Below, in pieces: positions 51,601-64,000 of a DNA stretch of 64,000 nt. The translations under genes were made by a program, and so were the position numbers. Every line of letters starts with the position of its first letter. Within the stretch, counting starts at the first letter, position 1. Under the pieces are notes generated by a model. It was given only the letters and a program-made list of their open reading frames with translations. It did no database searches and was not told the DNA's origin. The DNA is from Blastocladiella emersonii ATCC 22665 (Eukaryota > Fungi > Blastocladiomycota), in NCBI GenBank assembly GCA_025594325.1, contig JANHCV010000010.1, positions 1,671,364 through 1,735,363 of the forward strand. The letters run 5' to 3'.

Positions 51601-54600
51601 GCAGCAGCAAGGAGCAGGACCTGGCTGGCAAACAACACAAGTGAAGGCGTGCGTGATGGAGTGAGAGAGTGTTGAATGAATGGATGGGTGGATGCGATGC
51701 AGACCAGCATACGTGTCGTGCGTCGTCCGGATTGGTCGGCGACCACCCGCCAATCCTGCGGCATGGCTGTGGGGGCGGCAGTGGTGGTAGTGGAGCTAGA
51801 GTGGTGTCGTGGGGCTGGTGGGGTCCCCTCTCCTTCCTGTCTCGCCTAGGTGGGTGGGCGGACGTAGCGCGCATGCGGGCGGGCAAGGTAGGAACGTTGT
51901 TCAAGCAATGGATCATGTACTTTATGGCATGTGATCTGCAAGACAGGGAGGGGGAGCGACTGTGTCTAATTTTGACCGAGGGACCTTGCTGCAGCCAACG
52001 TCTGGCCCAATCCGACCCTCCACAAATCGCAACATGCACGAAACAAATTAGCTGACGTTTGGGATGTACCAAACCAGCCACGTAGATAATTTTCATGGTA
52101 CTCAAACAAGACCATACTCAAATCTTTGACTTCCTGCATGTCCAGCTAGCCAGGCTTCTGTAAATCACATTAATGACGCAACAAAATATCTGGCCATAAG
52201 AATATTGTAAACCAGCCACTCTGGCAATTGTCATGGCACTCAAACAAAACCATATTCAAATCTTCGACTTCCCGCATGCCCATGTGGGCAAGGACCTATA
52301 AATCACAGTATCGAACCAACAAAATATCTGACCATAGAAACATAGTATACCAGCCACGAGGACAATTGTCATGGTACTCAAACAAAACCATATTCAAATC
52401 TTTGACTATTCACATGTCTAGCTGGTTGGCGACCCATAAATCGTAACATTGGAGCAACAAAATATCTGACCACGGAAATACAGTAAACAAGCCCCGGAGA
52501 TAATTGTCATGGTTCTCAAACAAAACCATATTCAGATCTTTGAATACCCCATGTCCAGGTGGTTGGGGGCCCAGAAATCGTAACATCGAACCAACAAAAT
52601 ATTTGACCATAGAAATATACTAAACCAGCCACGTACGTAATTGTCGCGTTACTTAAACAAAACCATACTCAAAACTTTGACTTCCCGCATGTTCACCTAG
52701 CCAGGTACCCATAAATCACAGTATCGAGCCAACAAAAGATCTGACAATGGAAATATAGTAAACCGGCCGCGGAGAGAATTCTCATGGTACTCAAATGAAA
52801 CCATACTCAAATCTATGACTTCCCACATGTCCAGCTGGTTGAGGACCCATAAATCGTAACGTCAAAGCAACAATGTATCTGACCATGGGAATATAGTAAA
52901 CGAGCCCCGGAGATAATTGTCATGGTACGCAAACAAAACCATACTCAAGTCTATGCCTTCCCACATGTCCAGCTGGTTGGGGATCCATAAATCCCAGTAT
53001 CGAACCAACAAGATATCTGACCATTGGACTATATGTAACCGATCCCGTAGGTAATTGTCATGATACCCAAACAAAACCATATTCAAATCTTTCACATCCC
53101 GCATGTCCAGCTAGCCAGGGACCCATAAATCACAGTATCCAACCAACAAAGTATCTGACCAAAGAAAGATCATAAACCAGCCACGCAGATAATTGTCATG
53201 GTATTCAAACAAAACCATACTCAAATCTTCGAATACCCGATGTCCAGGTGGGCAAGGGCCTATACATCACAGTGTTGAACCAACAAAGTATCTGACGATC
53301 GGGATGTATCAAACCGGCCATGCTGATAATTGTCATGGTACTCAAACATAATCATAGTCAAGTCTTCGAATATCCTCACGTCCACGTGGGCAAGGACCCA
53401 AAGCGCCAGGTATCCAAATCTACCCCGTTGTGCACACTCTCCATTATCCAAGTCTGTCATCCTACAATTTTGGAACCCGTCGGCAAAGCTCACGGTCCAA
53501 TCAACGAACAACAGCCAACCTGCCAACCTGGCTACCTACCTGCCTACCTGCCTAGCTGGCTATCTGCCTACCTGCAAACCTGCCAACCTGCCCTACCTGC
53601 TAACCAAACACACACACCGCCTCGCAAGTCCTTGTGGGCCCGCGCTCTCTGGTTGCCGTCCCAGCCAACAAAGGAATGAATGATGAGCCCTGGCAGCCTG
53701 GCAGCCTGCCACACTGACAGCCTGGCAGCCTGCCACACTGACAGCCTGACAGCGCCCACCCAGTAGTTATTAGCTACCTCGTATGTCGTCTGAGAGGGGT
53801 TCAGCAGTCAATATACGACTGGTCTCCTCCTGGCTGGCAGCTCTGCTGTCCACTCCAAGTCCTGCATGATGATGGGCCAAGGAGGGTTACGAGCAGCTCC
53901 TCTGTCTATCCGCGTGAAACCACTCACCCGCTGACGGATGTACACCACGCACCGTGCAGCGCGCACAGCGCACAGCGCCCAACGCACCACGCGCTGCGCA
54001 CACGGCGCAAACGGCCACCCTGGTGACACGCACACTCGCATGAACGGCAGGCATGCAAGGCGTCCTGAACTCAACGATGATATATCGTCTAGGTCTGCTC
54101 GCTCCAACGGGTGCGCCTGCCTGCCCTCCCTGTGCCATGGATTGATTGATTCATGTCCAGTGCTGCCCCCATGCTTGCTTTCATGGCCGCGGGGTCCGTC
54201 AGGACGCCTTGCAATGGGTGCGCCAACCCCTGTTGCCAGCCATGTGGCAAGAAACACCACAGCACCTGCGTCGCCCTGGCCACCGTACCTTGCAAACAGC
54301 GTAGCAGCCGTACTGCTTCAGAGGGCTGCAGAGGGCTGGCTGCGGAGGGCTGAGGCGGCAGGGCTCCTCCTGCAGGAGACAGTGCTGGGGCCAAGGAGTT
54401 AGTGCTAGGGACTACTAACTGAATGGTGAATGACCCACACACCACATGCTCCTGGCAGGAGTGCGTGTGGGCGCGTGGGCCTGTGTCCGTGCGTGCCTGG
54501 ATTAGTCCTCCATCACAAGTGACCAAGGTGACCAAGGTGACCAAGGTGACCAAGGTGACCAAGGTGACATGCAAGCACCAAGTTAGAGCGGCGGGGCAGC

Positions 54601-57600
54601 CATGGAAAGAAGGGCACAGGTACAAACTACCGTACCCTGGCCGCGGCCACTAGTCGCAGAACAGCCCTGCATGGCTCAGGACGCGGCGGGCGTTGGAGAC
54701 AGGGTAGGTAGGTAGGTAGCAGCAGCAGCAGCAAGGAGCAGGACCTGGCTGGCAAACAACACAAGTGAAGGCGTGCGTGATGGAGTGAGAGAGTGTTGAA
54801 TGAATGGATGGGTGGATGCGATGCAGACCAGCATACGTGTCGTGCGTCGTCCGGATTGGTCGGCGACCACCCGCCAATCCTGCGGCATGGCTGTGGGGGC
54901 GGCAGTGGTGGTAGTGGAGCTAGAGTGGTGTCGTGGGGCTGGTGGGGTCCCCTCTCCTTCCTGTCTCGCCTAGGTGGGTGGGCGGACGTAGCGCGCATGC
55001 GGGCGGGCAAGGTAGGAACGTTGTTCAAGCAATGGATCATGTACTTTATGGCATGTGATCTGCAAGACAGGGAGGGGGAGCGACTGTGTCTAATTTTGAC
55101 CGAGGGACCTTGCTGCAGCCAACGTCTGGCCCAATCCGACCCTCCACAAATCGCAACATGCACGAAACAAATTAGCTGACGTTTGGGATGTACCAAACCA
55201 GCCACGTAGATAATTTTCATGGTACTCAAACAAGACCATACTCAAATCTTTGACTTCCTGCATGTCCAGCTAGCCAGGCTTCTGTAAATCACATTAATGA
55301 CGCAACAAAATATCTGGCCATAAGAATATTGTAAACCAGCCACTCTGGCAATTGTCATGGCACTCAAACAAAACCATATTCAAATCTTCGACTTCCCGCA
55401 TGCCCATGTGGGCAAGGACCTATAAATCACAGTATCGAACCAACAAAATATCTGACCATAGAAACATAGTATACCAGCCACGAGGACAATTGTCATGGTA
55501 CTCAAACAAAACCATATTCAAATCTTTGACTATTCACATGTCTAGCTGGTTGGCGACCCATAAATCGTAACATTGGAGCAACAAAATATCTGACCACGGA
55601 AATACAGTAAACAAGCCCCGGAGATAATTGTCATGGTTCTCAAACAAAACCATATTCAGATCTTTGAATACCCCATGTCCAGGTGGTTGGGGGCCCAGAA
55701 ATCGTAACATCGAACCAACAAAATATTTGACCATAGAAATATACTAAACCAGCCACGTACGTAATTGTCGCGTTACTTAAACAAAACCATACTCAAAACT
55801 TTGACTTCCCGCATGTTCACCTAGCCAGGTACCCATAAATCACAGTATCGAGCCAACAAAAGATCTGACAATGGAAATATAGTAAACCGGCCGCGGAGAG
55901 AATTCTCATGGTACTCAAATGAAACCATACTCAAATCTATGACTTCCCACATGTCCAGCTGGTTGAGGACCCATAAATCGTAACGTCAAAGCAACAATGT
56001 ATCTGACCATGGGAATATAGTAAACGAGCCCCGGAGATAATTGTCATGGTACGCAAACAAAACCATACTCAAGTCTATGCCTTCCCACATGTCCAGCTGG
56101 TTGGGGATCCATAAATCCCAGTATCGAACCAACAAGATATCTGACCATTGGACTATATGTAACCGATCCCGTAGGTAATTGTCATGATACCCAAACAAAA
56201 CCATATTCAAATCTTTCACATCCCGCATGTCCAGCTAGCCAGGGACCCATAAATCACAGTATCCAACCAACAAAGTATCTGACCAAAGAAAGATCATAAA
56301 CCAGCCACGCAGATAATTGTCATGGTATTCAAACAAAACCATACTCAAATCTTCGAATACCCGATGTCCAGGTGGGCAAGGGCCTATACATCACAGTGTT
56401 GAACCAACAAAGTATCTGACGATCGGGATGTATCAAACCGGCCATGCTGATAATTGTCATGGTACTCAAACATAATCATAGTCAAGTCTTCGAATATCCT
56501 CACGTCCACGTGGGCAAGGACCCAAAGCGCCAGGTATCCAAATCTACCCCGTTGTGCACACTCTCCATTATCCAAGTCTGTCATCCTACAATTTTGGAAC
56601 CCGTCGGCAAAGCTCACGGTCCAATCAACGAACAACAGCCAACCTGCCAACCTGGCTACCTACCTGCCTACCTGCCTAGCTGGCTATCTGCCTACCTGCA
56701 AACCTGCCAACCTGCCCTACCTGCTAACCAAACACACACACCGCCTCGCAAGTCCTTGTGGGCCCGCGCTCTCTGGTTGCCGTCCCAGCCAACAAAGGAA
56801 TGAATGATGAGCCCTGGCAGCCTGGCAGCCTGCCACACTGACAGCCTGGCAGCCTGCCACACTGACAGCCTGACAGCGCCCACCCAGTAGTTATTAGCTA
56901 CCTCGTATGTCGTCTGAGAGGGGTTCAGCAGTCAATATACGACTGGTCTCCTCCTGGCTGGCAGCTCTGCTGTCCACTCCAAGTCCTGCATGATGATGGG
57001 CCAAGGAGGGTTACGAGCAGCTCCTCTGTCTATCCGCGTGAAACCACTCACCCGCTGACGGATGTACACCACGCACCGTGCAGCGCGCACAGCGCACAGC
57101 GCCCAACGCACCACGCGCTGCGCACACGGCGCAAACGGCCACCCTGGTGACACGCACACTCGCATGAACGGCAGGCATGCAAGGCGTCCTGAACTCAACG
57201 ATGATATATCGTCTAGGTCTGCTCGCTCCAACGGGTGCGCCTGCCTGCCCTCCCTGTGCCATGGATTGATTGATTCATGTCCAGTGCTGCCCCCATGCTT
57301 GCTTTCATGGCCGCGGGGTCCGTCAGGACGCCTTGCAATGGGTGCGCCAACCCCTGTTGCCAGCCATGTGGCAAGAAACACCACAGCACCTGCGTCGCCC
57401 TGGCCACCGTACCTTGCAAACAGCGTAGCAGCCGTACTGCTTCAGAGGGCTGCAGAGGGCTGGCTGCGGAGGGCTGAGGCGGCAGGGCTCCTCCTGCAGG
57501 AGACAGTACTGGGGCCAAGGAGTTAGTGCTAGGGACTACTAACTGAATGGTGAATGACCCACACACCACATGCTCCTGGCAGGAGTGCGTGTGGGCGCGT

Positions 57601-60600
57601 GGGCCTGTGTCCGTGCGTGCCTGGATTAGTCCTCCATCACAAGTGACCAAGGTGACCAAGGTGACCAAGGTGACCAAGGTGACCAAGGTGACATGCAAGC
57701 ACCAAGTTAGAGCGGCGGGGCAGCCATGGAAAGAAGGGCACAGGTACAAACTACCGTACCCTGGCCGCGGCCACTAGTCGCAGAACAGCCCTGCATGGCT
57801 CAGGACGCGGCGGGCGTTGGAGACAGGGTAGGTAGGTAGGTAGCAGCAGCAGCAGCAAGGAGCAGGACCTGGCTGGCAAACAACACAAGTGAAGGCGTGC
57901 GTGATGGAGTGAGAGAGTGTTGAATGAATGGATGGGTGGATGCGATGCAGACCAGCATACGTGTCGTGCGTCGTCCGGATTGGTCGGCGACCACCCGCCA
58001 ATCCTGCGGCATGGCTGTGGGGGCGGCAGTGGTGGTAGTGGAGCTAGAGTGGTGTCGTGGGGCTGGTGGGGTCCCCTCTCCTTCCTGTCTCGCCTAGGTG
58101 GGTGGGCGGACGTAGCGCGCATGCGGGCGGGCAAGGTAGGAACGTTGTTCAAGCAATGGATCATGTACTTTATGGCATGTGATCTGCAAGACAGGGAGGG
58201 GGAGCGACTGTGTCTAATTTTGACCGAGGGACCTTGCTGCAGCCAACGTCTGGCCCAATCCGACCCTCCACAAATCGCAACATGCACGAAACAAATTAGC
58301 TGACGTTTGGGATGTACCAAACCAGCCACGTAGATAATTTTCATGGTACTCAAACAAGACCATACTCAAATCTTTGACTTCCTGCATGTCCAGCTAGCCA
58401 GGCTTCTGTAAATCACATTAATGACGCAACAAAATATCTGGCCATAAAAATATTGTAAACCAGCCACTCTGGCAATTGTCATGGCACTCAAACAAAACCA
58501 TATTCAAATCTTCGACTTCCCGCATGCCCATGTGGGCAAGAACCTATAAATCACAGTATCGAACCAACAAAATATCTGACCATAGAAACATAGTATACCA
58601 GCCACGAGGACAATTGTCATGGTACTCAAACAAAACCATATTCAAATCTTTGACTATTCACATGTCTAGCTGGTTGGCGACCCATAAATCGTAACATTGG
58701 AGCAACAAAATATCTGACCACGGAAATACAGTAAACAAGCCCCGGAGATAATTGTCATGGTTCTCAAACAAAACCATATTCAGATCTTTGAATACCCCAT
58801 GTCCAGGTGGTTGGGGGCCCAGAAATCGTAACATCGAACCAACAAAATATTTGACCATAGAAATATACTAAACCAGCCACGTACGTAATTGTCGCGTTAC
58901 TTAAACAAAACCATACTCAAAACTTTGACTTCCCGCATGTTCACCTAGCCAGGTACCCATAAATCACAGTATCGAGCCAACAAAAGATCTGACAATGGAA
59001 ATATAGTAAACCGGCCGCGGAGAGAATTCTCATGGTACTCAAATGAAACCATACTCAAATCTATGACTTCCCACATGTCCAGCTGGTTGAGGACCCATAA
59101 ATCGTAACGTCAAAGCAACAATGTATCTGACCATGGGAATATAGTAAACGAGCCCCGGAGATAATTGTCATGGTACGCAAACAAAACCATACTCAAGTCT
59201 ATGCCTTCCCACATGTCCAGCTGGTTGGGGATCCATAAATCCCAGTATCGAACCAACAAGATATCTGACCATTGGACTATATGTAACCGATCCCGTAGGT
59301 AATTGTCATGATACCCAAACAAAACCATATTCAAATCTTTCACATCCCGCATGTCCAGCTAGCCAGGGACCCATAAATCACAGTATCCAACCAACAAAGT
59401 ATCTGACCAAAGAAAGATCATAAACCAGCCACGCAGATAATTGTCATGGTATTCAAACAAAACCATACTCAAATCTTCGAATACCCGATGTCCAGGTGGG
59501 CAAGGGCCTATACATCACAGTGTTGAACCAACAAAGTATCTGACGATCGGGATGTATCAAACCGGCCATGCTGATAATTGTCATGGTACTCAAACATAAT
59601 CATAGTCAAGTCTTCGAATATCCTCACGTCCACGTGGGCAAGGACCCAAAGCGCCAGGTATCCAAATCTACCCCGTTGTGCACACTCTCCATTATCCAAG
59701 TCTGTCATCCTACAATTTTGGAACCCGTCGGCAAAGCTCACGGTCCAATCAACGAACAACAGCCAACCTGCCAACCTGGCTACCTACCTGCCTACCTGCC
59801 TAGCTGGCTATCTGCCTACCTGCAAACCTGCCAACCTGCCCTACCTGCTAACCAAACACACACACCGCCTCGCAAGTCCTTGTGGGCCCGCGCTCTCTGG
59901 TTGCCGTCCCAGCCAACAAAGGAATGAATGATGAGCCCTGGCAGCCTGGCAGCCTGCCACACTGACAGCCTGGCAGCCTGCCACACTGACAGCCTGACAG
60001 CGCCCACCCAGTAGTTATTAGCTACCTCGTATGTCGTCTGAGAGGGGTTCAGCAGTCAATATACGACTGGTCTCCTCCTGGCTGGCAGCTCTGCTGTCCA
60101 CTCCAAGTCCTGCATGATGATGGGCCAAGGAGGGTTACGAGCAGCTCCTCTGTCTATCCGCGTGAAACCACTCACCCGCTGACGGATGTACACCACGCAC
60201 CGTGCAGCGCGCACAGCGCACAGCGCCCAACGCACCACGCGCTGCGCACACGGCGCAAACGGCCACCCTGGTGACACGCACACTCGCATGAACGGCAGGC
60301 ATGCAAGGCGTCCTGAACTCAACGATGATATATCGTCTAGGTCTGCTCGCTCCAACGGGTGCGCCTGCCTGCCCTCCCTGTGCCATGGATTGATTGATTC
60401 ATGTCCAGTGCTGCCCCCATGCTTGCTTTCATGGCCGCGGGGTCCGTCAGGACGCCTTGCAATGGGTGCGCCAACCCCTGTTGCCAGCCATGTGGCAAGA
60501 AACACCACAGCACCTGCGTCGCCCTGGCCACCGTACCTTGCAAACAGCGTAGCAGCCGTACTGCTTCAGAGGGCTGCAGAGGGCTGGCTGCGGAGGGCTG

Positions 60601-63600
60601 AGGCGGCAGGGCTCCTCCTGCAGGAGACAGTGCTGGGGCCAAGGAGTTAGTGCTAGGGACTACTAACTGAATGGTGAATGACCCACACACCACATGCTCC
60701 TGGCAGGAGTGCGTGTGGGCGCGTGGGCCTGTGTCCGTGCGTGCCTGGATTAGTCCTCCATCACAAGTGACCAAGGTGACCAAGGTGACCAAGGTGACCA
60801 AGGTGACCAAGGTGACATGCAAGCACCAAGTTAGAGCGGCGGGGCAGCCATGGAAAGAAGGGCACAGGTACAAACTACCGTACCCTGGCCGCGGCCACTA
60901 GTCGCAGAACAGCCCTGCATGGCTCAGGACGCGGCGGGCGTTGGAGACAGGGTAGGTAGGTAGGTAGCAGCAGCAGCAGCAAGGAGCAGGACCTGGCTGG
61001 CAAACAACACAAGTGAAGGCGTGCGTGATGGAGTGAGAGAGTGTTGAATGAATGGATGGGTGGATGCGATGCAGACCAGCATACGTGTCGTGCGTCGTCC
61101 GGATTGGTCGGCGACCACCCGCCAATCCTGCGGCATGGCTGTGGGGGCGGCAGTGGTGGTAGTGGAGCTAGAGTGGTGTCGTGGGGCTGGTGGGGTCCCC
61201 TCTCCTTCCTGTCTCGCCTAGGTGGGTGGGCGGACGTAGCGCGCATGCGGGCGGGCAAGGTAGGAACGTTGTTCAAGCAATGGATCATGTACTTTATGGC
61301 ATGTGATCTGCAAGACAGGGAGGGGGAGCGACTGTGTCTAATTTTGACCGAGGGACCTTGCTGCAGCCAACGTCTGGCCCAATCCGACCCTCCACAAATC
61401 GCAACATGCACGAAACAAATTAGCTGACGTTTGGGATGTACCAAACCAGCCACGTAGATAATTTTCATGGTACTCAAACAAGACCATACTCAAATCTTTG
61501 ACTTCCTGCATGTCCAGCTAGCCAGGCTTCTGTAAATCACATTAATGACGCAACAAAATATCTGGCCATAAGAATATTGTAAACCAGCCACTCTGGCAAT
61601 TGTCATGGCACTCAAACAAAACCATATTCAAATCTTCGACTTCCCGCATGCCCATGTGGGCAAGGACCTATAAATCACAGTATCGAACCAACAAAATATC
61701 TGACCATAGAAACATAGTATACCAGCCACGAGGACAATTGTCATGGTACTCAAACAAAACCATATTCAAATCTTTGACTATTCACATGTCTAGCTGGTTG
61801 GCGACCCATAAATCGTAACATTGGAGCAACAAAATATCTGACCACGGAAATACAGTAAACAAGCCCCGGAGATAATTGTCATGGTTCTCAAACAAAACCA
61901 TATTCAGATCTTTGAATACCCCATGTCCAGGTGGTTGGGGGCCCAGAAATCGTAACATCGAACCAACAAAATATTTGACCATAGAAATATACTAAACCAG
62001 CCACGTACGTAATTGTCGCGTTACTTAAACAAAACCATACTCAAAACTTTGACTTCCCGCATGTTCACCTAGCCAGGTACCCATAAATCACAGTATCGAG
62101 CCAACAAAAGATCTGACAATGGAAATATAGTAAACCGGCCGCGGAGAGAATTCTCATGGTACTCAAATGAAACCATACTCAAATCTATGACTTCCCACAT
62201 GTCCAGCTGGTTGAGGACCCATAAATCGTAACGTCAAAGCAACAATGTATCTGACCATGGGAATATAGTAAACGAGCCCCGGAGATAATTGTCATGGTAC
62301 GCAAACAAAACCATACTCAAGTCTATGCCTTCCCACATGTCCAGCTGGTTGGGGATCCATAAATCCCAGTATCGAACCAACAAGATATCTGACCATTGGA
62401 CTATATGTAACCGATCCCGTAGGTAATTGTCATGATACCCAAACAAAACCATATTCAAATCTTTCACATCCCGCATGTCCAGCTAGCCAGGGACCCATAA
62501 ATCACAGTATCCAACCAACAAAGTATCTGACCAAAGAAAGATCATAAACCAGCCACGCAGATAATTGTCATGGTATTCAAACAAAACCATACTCAAATCT
62601 TCGAATACCCGATGTCCAGGTGGGCAAGGGCCTATACATCACAGTGTTGAACCAACAAAGTATCTGACGATCGGGATGTATCAAACCGGCCATGCTGATA
62701 ATTGTCATGGTACTCAAACATAATCATAGTCAAGTCTTCGAATATCCTCACGTCCACGTGGGCAAGGACCCAAAGCGCCAGGTATCCAAATCTACCCCGT
62801 TGTGCACACTCTCCATTATCCAAGTCTGTCATCCTACAATTTTGGAACCCGTCGGCAAAGCTCACGGTCCAATCAACGAACAACAGCCAACCTGCCAACC
62901 TGGCTACCTACCTGCCTACCTGCCTAGCTGGCTATCTGCCTACCTGCAAACCTGCCAACCTGCCCTACCTGCTAACCAAACACACACACCGCCTCGCAAG
63001 TCCTTGTGGGCCCGCGCTCTCTGGTTGCCGTCCCAGCCAACAAAGGAATGAATGATGAGCCCTGGCAGCCTGGCAGCCTGCCACACTGACAGCCTGACAG
63101 CGCCCACCCAGTAGTTATTAGCTACCTCGTATGTCGTCTGAGAGGGGTTCAGCAGTCAATATACGACTGGTCTCCTCCTGGCTGGCAGCTCTGCTGTCCA
63201 CTCCAAGTCCTGCATGATGATGGGCCAAGGAGGGTTACGAGCAGCTCCTCTGTCTATCCGCGTGAAACCACTCACCCGCTGACGGATGTACACCACGCAC
63301 CGTGCAGCGCGCACAGCGCACAGCGCCCAACGCACCACGCGCTGCGCACACGGCGCAAACGGCCACCCTGGTGACACGCACACTCGCATGAACGGCAGGC
63401 ATGCAAGGCGTCCTGAACTCAACGATGATATATCGTCTAGGTCTGCTCGCTCCAACGGGTGCGCCTGCCTGCCCTCCCTGTGCCATGGATTGATTGATTC
63501 ATGTCCAGTGCTGCCCCCATGCTTGCTTTCATGGCCGCGGGGTCCGTCAGGACGCCTTGCAATGGGTGCGCCAACCCCTGTTGCCAGCCATGTGGCAAGA

Positions 63601-64000
63601 AACACCACAGCACCTGCGTCGCCCTGGCCACCGTACCTTGCAAACAGCGTAGCAGCCGTACTGCTTCAGAGGGCTGCAGAGGGCTGGCTGCGGAGGGCTG
63701 AGGCGGCAGGGCTCCTCCTGCAGGAGACAGTACTGGGGCCAAGGAGTTAGTGCTAGGGACTACTAACTGAATGGTGAATGACCCACACACCACATGCTCC
63801 TGGCAGGAGTGCGTGTGGGCGCGTGGGCCTGTGTCCGTGCGTGCCTGGATTAGTCCTCCATCACAAGTGACCAAGGTGACCAAGGTGACCAAGGTGACCA
63901 AGGTGACCAAGGTGACATGCAAGCACCAAGTTAGAGCGGCGGGGCAGCCATGGAAAGAAGGGCACAGGTACAAACTACCGTACCCTGGCCGCGGCCACTA

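Larger units (their letters stand above)
5846..64000. repeat. Tandem macrosatellite / higher-order repeat array, 3124-bp period, about 18.6 copies, continuing past the window end
   Basis: Identical ORF sets recur every 3124 bp (for example 7080, 10204, 13328 ... 60186). Unit starts: 5950, 9074, 12198, 15322, 18446, 21570, 24694, 27818, 30942, 34066, 37188, 40312, 43436, 46560, 49684, 52808, 55932, 59056, 62180. Unit 10 is 2 bp shorter and unit 19 has lost 24 bp. Confidence 0.99.

Noticed and set aside
6402-63973. Recurrent ORFs of 60-262 aa in the repeat unit as protein-coding genes
   Set aside because: They overlap in all frames, are low-complexity or derived from microsatellites, and show no recognisable domain. 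Unit variants break or extend them freely (for example the 262-aa ORF is split by a stop in most copies).
5846-64000. rDNA or 5S rDNA tandem array
   Set aside because: The sub-repeat plus GC-rich layout recalls an rDNA intergenic spacer, but no 18S, 5.8S, 28S or 5S sequence was recognised on either strand. A 17/21 match to an LSU segment near 7056-7076 is isolated and probably chance.

Overview
Eukaryotic, fungal-like DNA in two parts. (1) About 1-5845 is single-copy and GC-rich. It holds a complete 7-exon exocyst subunit Sec5/EXOC2 gene (+, 1103-4458, 972 aa after splicing six phase-1 GTAC..AG introns) and a few unassignable small ORFs. (2) From about 5846 to the window end is one head-to-tail macrosatellite with a 3124-bp period, about 18.6 copies, roughly 99.7% or more identical by eye. 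Each unit is a higher-order repeat: ten diverged 138/137-bp AT-rich monomers (about 1.38 kb) plus a ~1.72-kb GC-rich spacer with microsatellites and a strand-skew switch. The array begins in a unique chimeric monomer, which suggests the unit arose by out-of-register recombination between monomers and was then amplified recently. The repeated ORFs in the ORF track are not recognisable proteins, and I found no rRNA, tRNA, CRISPR or transposase signature. The function of the array (centromere-like satellite, small-RNA gene array or decayed coding repeat) is hypothesis only. Variant lists were compiled by eye with help from the ORF track and may be incomplete.
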